64,000 nt of DNA from Actinomycetes bacterium (GCA_024637095.1 JAGXFV010000024.1:770-64769), one strand, 5' to 3'; shown: positions 10,248 to 31,044, numbered from the stretch's first letter. The notes: generated from the letters alone by a model not told the origin. Program-made: numbers and translations.

Positions 10248-10781
10248 CTAAGCGCGCTTGCCGACCTTGCGGCGGACGTACTCGCCCTGGTACCGGATGC
10301 CTTTGCCCTTGTAGGGCTCAGGCTTGCGGATGGCTCGGATGTTAGCGGCCACCTGGCCGACCTTCTGCTTGTCGATACCCCGCACCACGACCTGCGTCGG
10401 AGCCGGGACTTCGAACTCGATCCCCTCGGGCGCATCCACGAGCACGGGGTGAGAGTAACCCACCTGCACCTCGAGGTCCTTGCCCTTGAGCGCGGCGCGG
10501 TAGCCGACGCCCACGATCTCTAGGCGCTTCTCGTAGCCCACGGTGACTCCCGCGACCATGTTGGCCAACAGGCTCCGCGTCAGGCCATGCAGCGCCCGAT
10601 GCTCCTTGGCTTCGCTCGGCCGCGACACCTTGAGGTTGTCGTCCTCGAGAGCGACCAGCATATCGGGATGTACTTGCTGTTCCAGCTGACCCTTGGGCCC
10701 CTTGACGCTCACCACGCTGCCGTTGATGGCCACGTCGACGCCTTGAGGTACAGCTATGGGTGCATTTCCAATTCTAGACAT
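10248..10781 (-). CDS. rplF: 50S ribosomal protein L6
   Basis: [22 protein letters not shown]. Confidence 0.98.
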   Translation of the reverse strand: MSRIGNAPIAVPQGVDVAINGSVVSVKGPKGQLEQQVHPDMLVALEDDNLKVSRPSEAKEHRALHGLTRSLLANMVAGVTVGYEKRLEIVGVGYRAALKGKDLEVQVGYSHPVLVDAPEGIEFEVPAPTQVVVRGIDKQKVGQVAANIRAIRKPEPYKGKGIRYQGEYVRRKVGKRA

Positions 10782-10787
10782 ATTGCC

Positions 10788-11183
10788 TTACCACACGAAG
10801 CAGACGACTTCGCCGCCAACACCCAGGCGCTTCGCTTCCCGCGAGGTCATCACCCCGTGAGACGTCGACATGATCGCCGTCCCCAGGCCTCCGAGCACGC
10901 GTGGCAGCTTGTCCTTCTTGGCGTAGATCCGGCGGCCCGGCTTGCTGATGCGCTTGATTTGGGCAATCACGCGCCGACGGTCCTCGGTGTATTTCAACTC
11001 GAGGATTAGCTCGTCGTAGCTCTCGCCCTTCTCGACCCGGACGTCCGCGATATAGCCCTCGTCCTTGAGGATCCCAGCGATGTCGACCTTGAGTTTGGAG
11101 GTCGGCATCCGGACCTCTTGCATCATGGCCTTGTTGCCATTCCGGATCCGAGTGAGCATATCGGCGATAGGATCAGTAAGCAT
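10788..11183 (-). CDS. rpsH: 30S ribosomal protein S8
   Basis: [21 protein letters not shown]. Confidence 0.98.
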   Translation of the reverse strand: MLTDPIADMLTRIRNGNKAMMQEVRMPTSKLKVDIAGILKDEGYIADVRVEKGESYDELILELKYTEDRRRVIAQIKRISKPGRRIYAKKDKLPRVLGGLGTAIMSTSHGVMTSREAKRLGVGGEVVCFVW

Positions 11184-11192
11184 CTCTACCCC

Positions 11193-11378
11193 CTACCAGC
11201 TCGACTTGGTGACGCCGGGAACCACGCCCTGGTGCGCGAGATCCCGCAGACAGATTCGGCACAGACCGAACTTGCGGTAGTAACCCCGCGGCCGCCCACA
11301 CCGATTGCATCGGTTGTAGGCCCGGGTGGAGAACTTGGCCGGGCGCCTGTTCTTCGCAATTTGCGACTTCTTGGCCAT
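11193..11378 (-). CDS. rpsN: 30S ribosomal protein S14 (Zn-binding type Z)
   Basis: RCNRCGRPR...CRIC...PGVTKSSW. Confidence 0.97.
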   Translation of the reverse strand: MAKKSQIAKNRRPAKFSTRAYNRCNRCGRPRGYYRKFGLCRICLRDLAHQGVVPGVTKSSW

Positions 11379-11396
11379 TAACTAGTGCTCCTCTTC

Positions 11397-11942
11397 CTAG
11401 CTCTGCCGAAAGGGCATGCCCAGCTTGCGCAGCAGAGCCCGCCCCTCTTCGGGGTTCGTGGCGGTGGTGGTGATGGCGATATCCATCCCCCGCACCCGGT
11501 CGATCTTGTCGTAGTCGATCTCCGGGAAGATGATCTGCTCCCGAAGGCCGAGGTTGTAGTTGCCGTCGCGGTCGAAGGCGTCCGGGGAAATGCCCCGGAA
11601 GTCACGGATCCTGGGGAGCGCGATGCTGATCAAGCGATCGAGCATCTCCCACATCCGGTCACCGCGCAGCGTGACCCGCAGGCCGACAGGCATGCCCTCA
11701 CGGACCTTGAAGTTGGCGATCGACTTGCGCGCCCGCCGCACCTGGGCCTTTTGCCCGGTGATGGCGGCCAACTGCTCGCCGGCTTCCTCCAACTGCTTGG
11801 CGTCCTGCGACGCCTCGCCGAGGCCCATGTTCACGGTCAACTTGGTGACCCGGGGGACCTGCATCACGTTCTCGTACCCGAACTCCTCGCGCAGTTCGGG
11901 CAGAATCTCCTGTTGATATCTCTCTTTTAGCCTGGGCGCCAT
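11397..11942 (-). CDS. rplE: 50S ribosomal protein L5
   Basis: ITGQK...[28 protein letters not shown]. Confidence 0.98.
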   Translation of the reverse strand: MAPRLKERYQQEILPELREEFGYENVMQVPRVTKLTVNMGLGEASQDAKQLEEAGEQLAAITGQKAQVRRARKSIANFKVREGMPVGLRVTLRGDRMWEMLDRLISIALPRIRDFRGISPDAFDRDGNYNLGLREQIIFPEIDYDKIDRVRGMDIAITTTATNPEEGRALLRKLGMPFRQS

Positions 11943-11946
11943 CTGC

Positions 11947-12294
11947 CTAGCCTTTATCCACGGTTACGTCGCACTTCTTACAGAAACGAACCTTCTCATC
12001 GCCTTCTTCGCGCATCCCCACCCGGGCGGCCTCGCCGCAGCCGGGACATACCAGCATCACGTTTGAGATCGGAAGCGGCGCTTCGCGCTCGATGACGCCA
12101 CCCTGGGGGTTGCGCTGAGTGGGGCGGACGTGACGCTTGATGAAGTTCACGCGCTCAACGACCACGCGGTTGTCTTCGGGGATGACCCGCAGGATCTTGC
12201 CCTCCTTGCCGGTCTCTTTGCCCTGAATCACGCGGACGGTGTCGCCCCGCCTAATCTTCTTGGTGAAGTTGTCTTTGGTCTTGGTCTTGCCCAT
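11947..12294 (-). CDS. rplX: 50S ribosomal protein L24
   Basis: KOW motif [33 protein letters not shown]. Confidence 0.97.
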   Translation of the reverse strand: MGKTKTKDNFTKKIRRGDTVRVIQGKETGKEGKILRVIPEDNRVVVERVNFIKRHVRPTQRNPQGGVIEREAPLPISNVMLVCPGCGEAARVGMREEGDEKVRFCKKCDVTVDKG

Positions 12295-12297
12295 GGT

Positions 12298-12666
12298 CTA
12301 CAGCACCTCCGGGGCCAGGGACACGATCCGCGTGAAGTTCTTGTCACGCAGTTCGCGGGCCACCGGGCCGAAGATCCGCGTGCCCCGCGGGTTGTTCTGG
12401 CGGTCGATCAGGACTGCGGCGTTCTCGTCGAAGCCGATGTAGGTGCCGTCCTTGCGCCCAAACGGCTTCTTGACCCGTACCACCACAGCCTGAACCACTT
12501 CGCCCTTTTTCACCGAGCCGCCCGGGGTCGCCTCTTTGACCGTGCCCACGATGACATCGCCCACGCCGGCATAGCGCCGGCGGGACCCGCCCGTGATCCG
12601 GATGCAGAGGAGCTCTCGAGCGCCGGTGTTATCGGCGACCTTGAGTCTCGTTTCTACCTGTACCAT
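12298..12666 (-). CDS. rplN: 50S ribosomal protein L14
   Basis: [27 protein letters not shown]. Confidence 0.98.
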   Translation of the reverse strand: MVQVETRLKVADNTGARELLCIRITGGSRRRYAGVGDVIVGTVKEATPGGSVKKGEVVQAVVVRVKKPFGRKDGTYIGFDENAAVLIDRQNNPRGTRIFGPVARELRDKNFTRIVSLAPEVL

Positions 12667-12699
12667 CGCTCTCGTTTCCCGTCTCTTGGTAGGGCGGCT

Positions 12700-12957
12700 T
12701 TACTCAGCCCGCTGCAGCACTTCGATGAGCCGCCAGCTCTTGTCCTTGGACAGGGGGCGGCACTCACGCACCAGCACGGTGTCACCCACATGGGCGGTGT
12801 TCTGCTCGTCGTGGGCCTTCAGCCGCTCGGTGCGGCGCATGACCTTTTTATAGAGAGGGTGCGGCTTGGCCGCGGTCACCTCGACGACGACGGTCTTATC
12901 CATCGCATCCGAGACCACCAGGCCCTGGCGCTCCCGTTGGGTGCCTTCACCGGCCAT
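12700..12957 (-). CDS. rpsQ: 30S ribosomal protein S17
   Basis: [27 protein letters not shown]. Confidence 0.97.
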   Translation of the reverse strand: MAGEGTQRERQGLVVSDAMDKTVVVEVTAAKPHPLYKKVMRRTERLKAHDEQNTAHVGDTVLVRECRPLSKDKSWRLIEVLQRAE

Positions 12958-13152
12958 CTACTGCTCCTTCTCCTTGTAGCTCTTCACGGTCAGGATCCGG
13001 GCGATGTCCCGCCGGACCTGCTTCAGGCGCGCGGTGTTCTCGAGCTGCCCGGTCGCGTGCTGGAACCGCAGGTTGAACAGTTCCTCACGGTTTTGCTTGA
13101 GCAGCTGCTCCAGCTCCTGGCCATCCATCTCGTTGATCTCGTTAACCTTCAA
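12958..13152 (-). CDS. rpmC: 50S ribosomal protein L29
   Basis: [16 protein letters not shown]...RRDIARILT. Confidence 0.97.
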   Translation of the reverse strand: MKVNEINEMDGQELEQLLKQNREELFNLRFQHATGQLENTARLKQVRRDIARILTVKSYKEKEQ

Positions 13153-13564
13153 AGCCGTCCTCCCTCGCCACGAAACGTGCCTTGACCGGGAGCTTCTGGG
13201 CGGCGAGGCGGATGGCCTCTTTCGCCAGATCCTCGGGCACGCCGGCCAGCTCGAACATCACCCGGCCGGGCTTGATCACGGCGACCCATTTGTCAGGCGA
13301 ACCCTTGCCCGAGCCCATCCGGGTCTCGGCCGGCTTCGCCGTCACCGGCTTGTGCGGGAAGATGTTGATCCACACCTTGCCGCCCCGCTTGATCTTGCGG
13401 GTCATGGCAACACGGGCGGCCTCGATCTGCCGGTTGGTCACCCAGCCGGCCTCAAGCGCCTGCAAACCATACTCGCCGAACTGCACGCTGGTCTGGCCCT
13501 TGGCCTTACCGGCTCGTCTGCCGCGCTGCTGCTTGCGGTACTTTATTCTCTTGGGTAGTAGCAT
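13142..13564 (-). CDS. rplP: 50S ribosomal protein L16
   Basis: [21 protein letters not shown]. Confidence 0.98.
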   Translation of the reverse strand: MLLPKRIKYRKQQRGRRAGKAKGQTSVQFGEYGLQALEAGWVTNRQIEAARVAMTRKIKRGGKVWINIFPHKPVTAKPAETRMGSGKGSPDKWVAVIKPGRVMFELAGVPEDLAKEAIRLAAQKLPVKARFVAREDGFEG

Positions 13565-13656
13565 CGTTTCCTCGTTCTCCTGGCGTCCGCGTCACACGGC
13601 CTCGGGTGTGGCCATCAACCAGAGAGGGAGACCCCTCCGGCGGCCACTCCCGCAGC

Positions 13657-14364
13657 CTAGGACTGCGGTCCGCCCCTCCGCCGCCGGTTGTCGACGATTC
13701 CGAGCCTGTCGCGGTCGCTCGCATCCTCCGCAAAGCCCTCGGGCATTACCTCGCCCTTATTGATCCACACCTTCACGCCGATCTTGCCGAAGGTGGTGTT
13801 CGCCTCGGCAAAGCCGTAGTCGATATCGGCCCGCAGGGTGTGAAGGGGGACGCGCCCCTCGCTGTAGCCTTCGATCCGCGCCATCTCGGCGCCGCCCAAA
13901 CGTCCCGCTGAGCGCACCTTGATGCCCTCCGCGCCGGAACGCACGGCCGAGGTGATCGCCCGCTTCATCGCGCGCCGGAAGCTCACCCGGTTGGCGAGTT
14001 GCTCGGCAATGGACTGGGCCACCAGGCTGGCGTCGAGCTCGGGCCGCTTGATCTCGGTGATGTTGATGTGGACGGCTTTGCCCGTCATATCGTGGATCTC
14101 GCGGCGCAGAGCGTCGACTTCGGATCCCGACTTACCGATCACGATGCCGGGACGCGCCGTGAAGATGTCGATCACGATCTTGTTCGTGTCCTTGCGGATC
14201 ACTATATCGGAAAGACCAGCGTGACCCATCTTGGTCTGGATGTGCCGTCGGATCGCCAAGTCCTCTTTGAGGAAGCTGGCGTAGTTCCGCTCGGTGAACC
14301 AGTGGGCCTTCCAATCGTGGATGATGCCTAGCCGGAGTCCCTCCGGATGTACCTTCTGACCCAC
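13657..14364 (-). CDS. rpsC: 30S ribosomal protein S3
   Basis: [27 protein letters not shown]. Confidence 0.98.
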   Translation of the reverse strand: MGQKVHPEGLRLGIIHDWKAHWFTERNYASFLKEDLAIRRHIQTKMGHAGLSDIVIRKDTNKIVIDIFTARPGIVIGKSGSEVDALRREIHDMTGKAVHINITEIKRPELDASLVAQSIAEQLANRVSFRRAMKRAITSAVRSGAEGIKVRSAGRLGGAEMARIEGYSEGRVPLHTLRADIDYGFAEANTTFGKIGVKVWINKGEVMPEGFAEDASDRDRLGIVDNRRRRGGPQS

Positions 14365-14367
14365 TAG

Positions 14368-14706
14368 CTACGACTCCTTTCTCTCGTCCAGAGAGATGGT
14401 GATGTGACTGGTCCGCTTGCGGATACGAGTCGCCCGGCCCATCGCCCGCGGGCGAAAGCGCCGCAGCGTCGGACCTTCGTTGACAAAGGCGCGCGCGACG
14501 ATCAGTTCGTCGGCGTCCATGTCGTGGTTGTTCTCAGCATTCGCCAGCGCGGACTTCAGCACCTTACGCACCTCGGGAGACGCACCCCGGGGAGTCAGCA
14601 TCAGGATCGAATCCGCATCCTGCACCGACTTGCCCCGGATCAGATCTACCACCAGCCGGGCCTTCCGAGGGGAAACCCGGACGTATTTCGCGGTCGCGTC
14701 GACCAT
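14368..14706 (-). CDS. rplV: 50S ribosomal protein L22
   Basis: [21 protein letters not shown]...RTSHIT. Confidence 0.98.
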   Translation of the reverse strand: MVDATAKYVRVSPRKARLVVDLIRGKSVQDADSILMLTPRGASPEVRKVLKSALANAENNHDMDADELIVARAFVNEGPTLRRFRPRAMGRATRIRKRTSHITISLDERKES

Positions 14707-14708
14707 GG

Positions 14709-14990
14709 CTACCTCCTCGCCCGTTTCTCTTTACCGCCGCTGTGGCCGCGGTAGGTACGGGTGAGGGCAAACTCGCCCAACCGGTGGCCCACCATGCTCT
14801 CGCTGACGTAGATGGGCACATGCTTGCGCCCGTCGTGCACCGCGATCGTATGGCCCACCATCTCGGGATAGATGACCGAAGCGCGAGACCAGGTCCTCAG
14901 CATGCGCTTCTCGCCCGTCTGATTCATGCGCTCGATGCGCTGCATCAACCTCTCTTCGACGAAGGGAGCTTTCTTGCTCGATCGTGCCAC
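14709..14990 (-). CDS. rpsS: 30S ribosomal protein S19
   Basis: [15 protein letters not shown]. Confidence 0.98.
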   Translation of the reverse strand: MARSSKKAPFVEERLMQRIERMNQTGEKRMLRTWSRASVIYPEMVGHTIAVHDGRKHVPIYVSESMVGHRLGEFALTRTYRGHSGGKEKRARR

Positions 14991-14999
14991 GTTCTACTC

Positions 15000-15833
15000 C
15001 TATCGTCCCTTGCCGCGTCGCCGGATGATGTACTTGTTGGAGGGCTTGTTGGCCTTCCGGGTCTTGTGCCCCAAAGTGGGCACGCCCCAGGGGGTCACCG
15101 GATGGCGCCCCGGAGGGGTGGATCCCTCGCCGCCGCCGTGCGGGTGATCGACCGGGTTCATGGTCGTTCCTCGGACGGTCGGGCGGACACCGCGCCAGCG
15201 GCTTCGCCCGGCCTTACCGCCGGTGAGGTTCTCGTGCTCGGCGTTGCCGATCTGACCGACGGTCGCCCGGCAATCCAGGTGAACCCGGCGCATCTCGCCG
15301 GAGGGCAGGCGCAGGACGGCGTAGTTGCCCTCTTTGGCCATGATCTGCGAGCCGGTGCCGGCGGAACGGGCCAACTGGCCGCCTTTGCCGATGTGCAGCT
15401 CTATGTTGTGCACCGTGGTGCCTGTGGGGATTCTGCGCATGGGCAGAGCGTTCCCCACTTTGATGTCCGCTTCCGGCCCGGACTCGATCTGATCGCCGAC
15501 CTTCAGCTTGTTGGGCGCCAGAATATAGCGCTTCTCGCCGTCGAAGTAATGGATCAAGGCGATGCGGGCGCTGCGGTTGGGATCGTACTCGATCGAGGCG
15601 ACCCGGCCGGGCACCCCGTCCTTGTTCCGCTTGAAATCGATGACTCGGTAGAGCCGCTTATGGCCCCCGCCCTGATGTCGCGTCGTGATCCGGCCGTTGT
15701 TGTTCCGCCCACCCTTCTTCTTGATGGAAACGGTAAGCGACTTCTCCGGCTCGGACTTGGTGACCTCTTCAAACCCCGGCGTGGTGGTGAACCGTCGGCC
15801 CGGGGAGGTCGGCCTGTATTTTTTGACAGCCAT
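15000..15833 (-). CDS. rplB: 50S ribosomal protein L2
   Basis: [23 protein letters not shown]. Confidence 0.99.
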   Translation of the reverse strand: MAVKKYRPTSPGRRFTTTPGFEEVTKSEPEKSLTVSIKKKGGRNNNGRITTRHQGGGHKRLYRVIDFKRNKDGVPGRVASIEYDPNRSARIALIHYFDGEKRYILAPNKLKVGDQIESGPEADIKVGNALPMRRIPTGTTVHNIELHIGKGGQLARSAGTGSQIMAKEGNYAVLRLPSGEMRRVHLDCRATVGQIGNAEHENLTGGKAGRSRWRGVRPTVRGTTMNPVDHPHGGGEGSTPPGRHPVTPWGVPTLGHKTRKANKPSNKYIIRRRGKGR

Positions 15834-15859
15834 GTTCCTCCTACTCTTCCTTCCCGGTC

Positions 15860-16144
15860 CTAGGTCGCGCCGAAGAACTCGATCCGGTCACCCGGAGCAA
15901 GTTCGACCACGGCCTTCTTCCACTGACGGGTGCGGCCCCGGGTCATGCCTCGCCGCTTGGGCTTGGCCTTCATGTTGATGGTGTTGACCCCGATCACGCT
16001 CACACCGAAGATCTCCTCGACCGCATCGCGGATGTGGCCTTTGGTCGCCTTACTGTAAACCTCGAAGGTGTACTTGTTCTGCTCGATCTGGTCATAGCTC
16101 TTCTCGGAGATGACCGGACGCATGATTATCTGCCTGGCATCCAT
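15860..16144 (-). CDS. rplW: 50S ribosomal protein L23
   Basis: PVISEKS, WKKAVV. Confidence 0.97.
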   Translation of the reverse strand: MDARQIIMRPVISEKSYDQIEQNKYTFEVYSKATKGHIRDAVEEIFGVSVIGVNTINMKAKPKRRGMTRGRTRQWKKAVVELAPGDRIEFFGAT

Positions 16145-16768
16145 CTACGCTTCGCCTCCCTGCAGGGCGACGAAGGCCGACTCCGTGACGAGCACGCTGC
16201 GCGCCCACACGTAGTCCTGAACGCCAACCTCGCTCCAGAGCATCACCCGGGTCTGCGGCAGATTGCGGAAGCTCAGCAGGAGCTCCGCGTCTTCCGGCCG
16301 GCCAATCACCAGCAGGGGCTTTTCGATGGCGGCCTCAGCCAGGATCGCGACCGCCCTGTTGGTGGAGGGCAGTTCGAATTCAGCGCCGGCAAGCACGCGC
16401 ACGGCCCCGGCCTCGACCAGATTCCCCAGCGCCTGCCGATAGGCCTTGGCGCGCACCTTCTTGTTGACCTTAAATTCGTGATCGCGGGGCTTCGGCGGGA
16501 ACGCCACGCCGCCCTTGGTCCAGTGAGGCACGCTGCTGCGGCCGGCGCGGGCGCGGCCCGTGCCCTTTTGACGCCACGGCTTGGCGCCGGTGGCAGCCAC
16601 TTCACCGCGCGACTTGGCTGAGTGCGTGCCCTGTCGAGCTGCGGCCTGCTCGGCCCGAACCACCTCGTGCACGAGGCCCATATTGAACCCCGACTCCACG
16701 AGGGCGTCCGGGAGCTGCGCCTCGCCGATTGTCGCTCCATTGTCGTCTATCTTCGGTAGTGTTGGCAT
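16145..16768 (-). CDS. rplD: 50S ribosomal protein L4
   Basis: KPWRQKGTGRARAG. Confidence 0.97.
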   Translation of the reverse strand: MPTLPKIDDNGATIGEAQLPDALVESGFNMGLVHEVVRAEQAAARQGTHSAKSRGEVAATGAKPWRQKGTGRARAGRSSVPHWTKGGVAFPPKPRDHEFKVNKKVRAKAYRQALGNLVEAGAVRVLAGAEFELPSTNRAVAILAEAAIEKPLLVIGRPEDAELLLSFRNLPQTRVMLWSEVGVQDYVWARSVLVTESAFVALQGGEA

Positions 16769-16773
16769 CGATC

Positions 16774-17382
16774 CTATCCTCTGACGAACACGAGGGAACC
16801 CTTGCCGCCGGGCACCGCGCCCTTGATCAGCAGGAGGTTCCGTTCGGGGTCGGTGCTTACCACCGTCAACCCGGATTGAGTGACTTTCTTGTTGCCCATC
16901 TGCCCCGGAAGACGCGTGCCCTTGAAGACGCGCGCGGGGCTGGCGGAAGCGCCGATCGAGCCGGGGGCCCGATGGAAACGGGAGCCGTGCCCGCCGGGGC
17001 CTCCCTTGAAGTTGTGCCTCTTCATGACTCCCTGAAAGCCCTTGCCTTTGCCGATACCGCTCACGCGGATCTTGTCGCCGGGCTCGAACACCTCTACGGT
17101 CACGGTGTCACCCACGGTCAGCTCGTCGCTGCCCGCTACCTCGACCAGGTGACGGTGGGGGGCGGTCCCACTCCTGTTCAGATGGCCCAGGAGCGGCTTG
17201 TTCAGTTTCTTGGCCTTCACTTCTTGAAAGGCGAGTTGGGTGGCCTCGTAACCGTCCGTTTGCGTCGTCTTCTTTTGGGTCACCACACAGGGGCCGGCCT
17301 GCAGAACCGTCACCGGGGTCACGGTGCCGTCCTCGCCGAAGACCTGGGTCATGCCCAGCTTTTTTCCTAGTATTGCCTTCAT
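16774..17382 (-). CDS. rplC: 50S ribosomal protein L3
   Basis: [27 protein letters not shown]. Confidence 0.98.
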   Translation of the reverse strand: MKAILGKKLGMTQVFGEDGTVTPVTVLQAGPCVVTQKKTTQTDGYEATQLAFQEVKAKKLNKPLLGHLNRSGTAPHRHLVEVAGSDELTVGDTVTVEVFEPGDKIRVSGIGKGKGFQGVMKRHNFKGGPGGHGSRFHRAPGSIGASASPARVFKGTRLPGQMGNKKVTQSGLTVVSTDPERNLLLIKGAVPGGKGSLVFVRG

Positions 17383-17690
17383 CACAACTTGATCTCGATG
17401 TCGACGCCCGCGGGCAGATCCATCCGCATCAGCGAATCCACGGTCTTGGGAGTCGGTTGGTGGATGTCGATCAGACGCTTGTGCGTACGGATCTCGAAAT
17501 GCTCCCGCGAATCCTTGTCTTTGAACGGGCCCCGGATCACGCAGTAGACGTTCTTCTCGGTGGGCAGAGGAACCGGTCCCGAAATCGTGGCGCCGGTACG
17601 CTCGGCCGTTTCCACGATGCTGCGGGCGCTTCTGTCCACGAGCTCGTGGTCATACGCTTTGAGCCGTATCCGTATTTTCTGCTGTGCCAA
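17382..17690 (-). CDS. rpsJ: 30S ribosomal protein S10 (TTG start)
   Basis: [29 protein letters not shown]. Confidence 0.97.
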   Translation of the reverse strand: MAQQKIRIRLKAYDHELVDRSARSIVETAERTGATISGPVPLPTEKNVYCVIRGPFKDKDSREHFEIRTHKRLIDIHQPTPKTVDSLMRMDLPAGVDIEIKL

Positions 17691-17760
17691 CGTGTCCTCG
17701 CCTCTATCGTGCTCGAGAGCGGGGCGACTCCCGCCGCCCCGCTCCAATGCGCCTAAGCTG

Positions 17761-18966
17761 TTACTTGATGATCTTGGTGACCACGCCCGCGCCCACGGTC
17801 CGGCCGCCCTCGCGAATAGCGAAGCGGAGGCCTTCCTCCATGGCGATCGGGGTGATCAGGCTTACGTTCAGGTTCGTGTTATCACCAGGCATGACCATTT
17901 CGACGCCCTCTTCGAGGGTGACGTCGCCGGTCACGTCGGTCGTCCGGAAGTAGAACTGCGGACGGTATCCGTGGAAGAACGGAGTGTGACGTCCGCCTTC
18001 TTCCCGGGACAGAACATAGACTTCGGCCTCGAAGTCGGTGTGGGGCGTGATGCTGCCCGGCTTGGCCAGCACTTGGCCGCGCTCGACGTCTTCCCGCTTG
18101 ATGCCGCGGAGCAGCACGCCGATGTTGTCGCCGGCAACGCCTTCGTCCAGCAGCTTGCGGAACATCTCCACGCCGGTGGCAACGGTCTTTTGGACCTTCT
18201 CATGGATACCGACGATCTCGACCTCTCCGCCGACCTTGACGATTCCGCGGTCAACCCGGCCGGTCACCACGGTGCCGCGGCCTTGAATGGTGAAGACGTC
18301 CTCGATGGGCATCAGGAAGGGCTTGTCCGTGTCGCGCTCCGGCTGAGGCAGGTAGCTGTCCACCGCATCCATCAGCTCCAGGATCGGCTTGCAGGCTTCG
18401 CACTCGTCGCCGCCGCAACCACACTCGAGCGCCTTGAGGGCGGAGCCGGTAACGATGGGGATGTCGTCCCCGGGGAACTCGTACTCGGTCAGCAGTTCGC
18501 GCACTTCCATCTCGACCAGCTCGAGGAGCTCGGGGTCGTCGACCATGTCGGCCTTGTTGAGGAAGACCACGATGTAGGGAACGCCGACCTGACGGGCGAG
18601 CAGAATGTGCTCACGCGTCTGGGGCATGGGGCCGTCGGCAGCGGAAACGACCAGGATCGCTCCGTCCATCTGAGCGGCACCGGTGATCATGTTCTTGATG
18701 TAGTCAGCGTGCCCCGGGCAGTCCACGTGGGCGTAATGCCGATTGTCGGTCTCGTACTCCACATGAGCCGTGGCAATTGTGATGCCGCGCTCGCGCTCCT
18801 CGGGAGCGTTGTCGATGGAGTCGAAACTCCTTACGGTAATGTTGGGGTTACGGGACGCGAGACAGCACGTGATAGCCGCGGTAAGGGTGGTCTTGCCGTG
18901 GTCGACGTGACCAATCGTCCCGATGTTCACGTGCGGCTTCGTCCGCTCGAACTTCGCCTTCGCCAT
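17761..18966 (-). CDS. tuf: Elongation factor Tu
   Basis: [31 protein letters not shown]. Confidence 0.99.
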   Translation of the reverse strand: MAKAKFERTKPHVNIGTIGHVDHGKTTLTAAITCCLASRNPNITVRSFDSIDNAPEERERGITIATAHVEYETDNRHYAHVDCPGHADYIKNMITGAAQMDGAILVVSAADGPMPQTREHILLARQVGVPYIVVFLNKADMVDDPELLELVEMEVRELLTEYEFPGDDIPIVTGSALKALECGCGGDECEACKPILELMDAVDSYLPQPERDTDKPFLMPIEDVFTIQGRGTVVTGRVDRGIVKVGGEVEIVGIHEKVQKTVATGVEMFRKLLDEGVAGDNIGVLLRGIKREDVERGQVLAKPGSITPHTDFEAEVYVLSREEGGRHTPFFHGYRPQFYFRTTDVTGDVTLEEGVEMVMPGDNTNLNVSLITPIAMEEGLRFAIREGGRTVGAGVVTKIIK

Positions 18967-19049
18967 TTCTTCCTTCCTCCTGTCGCCTGACAGTCTGCTT
19001 CAAAGGCCGCCGCACATCGGCCGGCCCCTTGGCCCTTGTTTAACGCCGT

Positions 19050-21161
19050 TTAGCCGCGCTGAGCGATAATCTCCTCAGCAACGCTGCTCGGCACTTCAGA
19101 GTAATGATTGAACTGCATGCTGTATACCGCCCGACCCTGCGACATCGAGCGAAGGTCGGTAGCGTATCCGAACATGCTCGCCAAGGGAACCTCGGCGCGG
19201 ATTACCTGTGCGCCCGCCCGCGGTTCCATCCCCAGGATGTGTCCGCGCCGACTGCTGAGATCGCCCATCACGTCGCCCATGTACTCATCGGGAACCACCA
19301 CCTCGACCGCTTCCACCGGCTCCATCAGAACCGGCTTGCCTCGCCTGGCACCTTCCTTGAAGGCCATGGAGCCGGCGATCTTGAAGGCCATCTCCGAGGA
19401 GTCGACCTCGTGGTAGGAGCCATCGAACAACTCCACCTTCACATCCACCATCGGGAAGCCGGCGATGACCCCGGTTTCCATGGCTTCGGTCACGCCGGCT
19501 TCGACCGCGGAAATGTACTCGCGCGGCACGGCGCCACCGACGATCTTGTTGGTGAAGACCAAGCCCTCTCCGGGCTCAGCCGGCTCCATGCGCAGAACCA
19601 CATGGCCGAACTGGCCGCGGCCGCCGGTCTGCCGGACAAAGCGGCCTTCCACCTTGTCGACCGGCTTGCGCACGGTCTCCCGGTAGGCAACCTGCGGACG
19701 GCCGACATTGGCGTCAACGCGAAACTCGCGCAGCAGTCGGTCGACGATGATCTCCAGATGAAGCTCGCCCATACCACCAATGATGGTCTGGCCTGTCTCC
19801 TCGTCGGTCCGCACCCGGAAGGTGGGATCCTCCTCCGAGAGCTTGACCAAGCTCTCGGACAGTTTGTCCTGGTCGGCCTTGGTCTTGGGCTCGATGGCCA
19901 CGTGAATCACGGGCTCGGGGAACTCGATGGACTCCAGGATCACCTGATGATCCGCATCGGTCAGCGTGTCGCCGGTGGTCGTGGCCTTAAGGCCGACGGC
20001 CGCGGCGATGTCCCCGCTGAAGATCTCCTCGCGGTCTTCCCGGTGATTGGCGTGCATCTGCAGGATGCGGCCCACCCGTTCCTTCTTGCCCTTGCTCGTG
20101 TTGTAGACGTAAGAACCCGACTTGAGCGAGCCGGAATAGATCCGGAAGAACGTCAGCTTGCCAACGTAAGGATCGGTCATAATCTTGAAGGCGAGTGCCG
20201 AAAAGGGCTGATCGTCCCCGGGCTCGCGGATGATCTCTTCGCCGGACTTGGGATCGACGCCCTCTACCGGAGGGACATCCATCGGGGACGGGAGGAACTC
20301 GAGCACGGCGTCCAACAGCATCTGCACGCCCTTGTTCTTGAAAGCCGACCCACACATAACCGGCACCAACGCGATGTTCAGCGTCGCCTCGCGGATAGCC
20401 TCGCGCACGTCGGCTTCGGCAACCTCTTCGCCCTCGAGGTAGGCCATCATGATGTTTTCGCTATGGTCGGCCAGCATCTCGACCATCTGCGCGTGGGCTT
20501 CCTCGGCCTCGGCCTTCATGTCGGCAGGGATGTCGATCTCGTCCCACTCGACGCCCATGTCGTCCTTGTACATGTACGCCTTCATCCGCACCACATCGAC
20601 GATCCCCCGGAAGTTGTCCTCGGCCCCGATGGGGAGTTGGATGACCAGCGGATTGGCATGCAGGCGGTCGATCATGGTCTGAACACCGCGGCGGAAATCC
20701 GCGCCGGTGCGATCCATCTTGTTGATGAAGGCGATACGGGGAACCCGATACTTGTCGGCCTGCCGCCACACCGTCTCCGACTGCGGCTCGACGCCGGCAA
20801 CCGAGTCAAAAAGCGCGATGGCCCCGTCCAGGACACGAAGGGAACGCTCGACCTCCATAGTGAAGTCCACGTGCCCGGGCGTGTCTATAATGTTGATTCG
20901 ATGATCTTTCCACTCGCAGGTCGTAGCGGCCGCCGTAATGGTGATCCCGCGCTCCTGCTCCTGTTCCATCCAGTCCATGACAGCGGCGCCGTCGTGCACC
21001 TCGCCGATCTTGTAGGTCCGACCGGTGTAGTACAGGATCCGCTCGGTGGTCGTCGTCTTACCGGCATCGATGTGGGCCATGATGCCGATGTTACGCACCC
21101 GCTCGAGCGGAAACAGTCGCTTGCTGCTGGAAACTACCTTTTTCTCCGTTGCCTGTGCCAC
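19050..21161 (-). CDS. fusA: Elongation factor G
   Basis: [36 protein letters not shown]. Confidence 0.99.
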   Translation of the reverse strand: MAQATEKKVVSSSKRLFPLERVRNIGIMAHIDAGKTTTTERILYYTGRTYKIGEVHDGAAVMDWMEQEQERGITITAAATTCEWKDHRINIIDTPGHVDFTMEVERSLRVLDGAIALFDSVAGVEPQSETVWRQADKYRVPRIAFINKMDRTGADFRRGVQTMIDRLHANPLVIQLPIGAEDNFRGIVDVVRMKAYMYKDDMGVEWDEIDIPADMKAEAEEAHAQMVEMLADHSENIMMAYLEGEEVAEADVREAIREATLNIALVPVMCGSAFKNKGVQMLLDAVLEFLPSPMDVPPVEGVDPKSGEEIIREPGDDQPFSALAFKIMTDPYVGKLTFFRIYSGSLKSGSYVYNTSKGKKERVGRILQMHANHREDREEIFSGDIAAAVGLKATTTGDTLTDADHQVILESIEFPEPVIHVAIEPKTKADQDKLSESLVKLSEEDPTFRVRTDEETGQTIIGGMGELHLEIIVDRLLREFRVDANVGRPQVAYRETVRKPVDKVEGRFVRQTGGRGQFGHVVLRMEPAEPGEGLVFTNKIVGGAVPREYISAVEAGVTEAMETGVIAGFPMVDVKVELFDGSYHEVDSSEMAFKIAGSMAFKEGARRGKPVLMEPVEAVEVVVPDEYMGDVMGDLSSRRGHILGMEPRAGAQVIRAEVPLASMFGYATDLRSMSQGRAVYSMQFNHYSEVPSSVAEEIIAQRG

Positions 21162-21330
21162 GTTAATTCTCTATATCCCGTCGTTCGTGATGTTGCGCTA
21201 CTTCGTCCCACACATCGGCCCCGCCCGAAAGCTCGCTCCCGGGGCAGGGCCGCGAATCATATACTTTACCAACTGAAGCCCGGTTGTCTCAGGCCTCGGT
21301 TGAACTCCGGCTGAAAAGAAAAGAGCCCGG

Positions 21331-21801
21331 CTACCAGCGATAGTGGGCAAAGGCCTTATTGGCCTCGGCCATACGCAGCAGGTCTTCCTTCTTCTTTATG
21401 GTCGTGCCCGTGCGATTGAAGCTGTCCAGCAGCTCGTTGGCCAGACGGGTCGCCATGCTGTTCTCGCGCCGCTCACGGCTGTGGTTGACCAGCCAGCGCA
21501 CGGCCAGGGTGTAAGACCTTCTGGTCGCCACTTCGATCGGCACCTGATAGTTGGCGCCGCCAACTCGTCGGGACTTGACCTCGAGAGAAGGACGGACGTT
21601 CTCGATCGCATCCCGGAGAACCGTCACCGGGTCCTGTCCCGTCCTCTCGCGGAGAATGTCCATCGCGTCGTAGACGATCTGCTCGGCGAGAGACTTCTTG
21701 CCGTCCAGCATCAACCGGTTGACGAGCTGAGTCACCAGCCGATTGCGGTAGACCGGATCGGGGACTATATCCCGCTTGGATGCGCGTGCTCTACGTGCCA
21801 T
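21331..21801 (-). CDS. rpsG: 30S ribosomal protein S7
   Basis: [24 protein letters not shown]. Confidence 0.98.
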   Translation of the reverse strand: MARRARASKRDIVPDPVYRNRLVTQLVNRLMLDGKKSLAEQIVYDAMDILRERTGQDPVTVLRDAIENVRPSLEVKSRRVGGANYQVPIEVATRRSYTLAVRWLVNHSRERRENSMATRLANELLDSFNRTGTTIKKKEDLLRMAEANKAFAHYRW

Positions 21802-21821
21802 CTTGTGCTAGCTCCCCTGAC

Positions 21822-22193
21822 CTAACTGCCGGCTTTGACGCCGTACTTGGAACGACTTTGCTTCCGGTTGGCGACGCCGGCCGCGTCCAGAGCGGCCCGC
21901 ACGACCTTATAGCGAACACCCGGCAGGTCCTTGACCCGGCCGCCACGCACCAAGACCACGGAGTGCTCTTGCAGATTGTGCCCGATTCCAGGAATGTAAG
22001 CCGTGATCTCCATCCCATTGGTCAACCGGACGCGCGCAACCTTCCGCAGGGCCGAGTTCGGCTTCTTGGGAGTGGTCGTGTACACCCGGGTACAGACGCC
22101 CCGCTTCTGCGGCGCGCCCTTGAGGGCTGGGGTCCTGTTCTTCTTTTCCTGCTGCTGCCGCCCTTTGCGGATCAGCTGATTAATCGTCGGCAC
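21822..22193 (-). CDS. rpsL: 30S ribosomal protein S12 (GTG start)
   Basis: [26 protein letters not shown]. Confidence 0.98.
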   Translation of the reverse strand: MPTINQLIRKGRQQQEKKNRTPALKGAPQKRGVCTRVYTTTPKKPNSALRKVARVRLTNGMEITAYIPGIGHNLQEHSVVLVRGGRVKDLPGVRYKVVRAALDAAGVANRKQSRSKYGVKAGS

Positions 22194-22296
22194 AAATGCT
22201 CCTATATCTGGATATTCCACATGCCCGTTTATTCCTTTGCCGGGCCCCCCGCCTCGTCCTCCCATAGGGAGTACTCGGCCGAAGCCGCGACGGCGA

Positions 22297-22325
22297 AGTA
22301 TAACAAAGGGCTTGGGGGGCTGCAA
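22297..22325 (-). promoter_or_regulatory. Sigma70-type promoter of the str operon
   Basis: Minus strand TTGCAG-17 nt-TATACT with an extended -10 TG, upstream of rpsL. Confidence 0.65.
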
Positions 22326-22386
22326 CAAAGGCGCAGCCCCCGTGTCCGCTCATCTCGACTGTCGCGCCGGTTGTTGCCTGCCTCGG

Positions 22387-26706
<4,320 letters not shown>

Positions 26707-26736
26707 AGGAAGATCTCCTTACCCTCGTCCTCGGTC

Positions 26737-30525
<3,789 letters not shown>

Positions 30526-30581
30526 ACGGGTCACTCCTCGTTGAGACGGGCAAGGGCTAGCGAACGAACGCGCAAACTCGG

Positions 30582-30611
30582 ATATTAGCACAGCTCTGCA
30601 AACGCGCACAA
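30582..30611 (-). promoter_or_regulatory. Candidate rpoBC promoter
   Basis: Minus strand TTGTGC-18 nt-TAATAT with an extended -10 TG. Confidence 0.5.
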
Positions 30612-30650
30612 GCCCGGCGGGGCACCACTTTAGGCACCCCTAACCGGGCT
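30611..30650 (-). terminator. Hairpin downstream of rplL (terminator or attenuator)
   Basis: Inverted repeat agcccgg...ccgggct. Confidence 0.55.
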
Positions 30651-30675
30651 CGAGAACTGCTGACGACGAAGTTCG

Positions 30676-31044
30676 TTACTTGACCTCGACGGTCGCGCCG
30701 GCTTCTTCCAGCTGACCTTTGACCTCTTCGGCCTCGTCTTTGGTGATGGCTTCCTTGACGGCGTTCGGCGCGTTGTCAACCAGATCCTTGGCCTCTTTGA
30801 GGCCCAGACCGGTGATCTGCCGGACGACCTTGATCACTTGTATCTTCTTGTCGCCGGCCGCCTGAAGGACGACGTCGAACTCGGTCTGCTCTTCGGCCTC
30901 GGCCGGAGCGGCTCCCGCGGGGGCGGCGGCGGCTACGGGGGCGGCGGCGCTCACGCCAAACTCCTCCTCCAGGGCCTTGACGACCTCCGCCAGTTCGAGC
31001 ACGGACATCTTCTTGATCTCTTCAATAAGCTCTTGAGAGTTCAT
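30676..31044 (-). CDS. rplL: 50S ribosomal protein L7/L12
   Basis: [31 protein letters not shown]. Confidence 0.98.
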   Translation of the reverse strand: MNSQELIEEIKKMSVLELAEVVKALEEEFGVSAAAPVAAAAPAGAAPAEAEEQTEFDVVLQAAGDKKIQVIKVVRQITGLGLKEAKDLVDNAPNAVKEAITKDEAEEVKGQLEEAGATVEVK

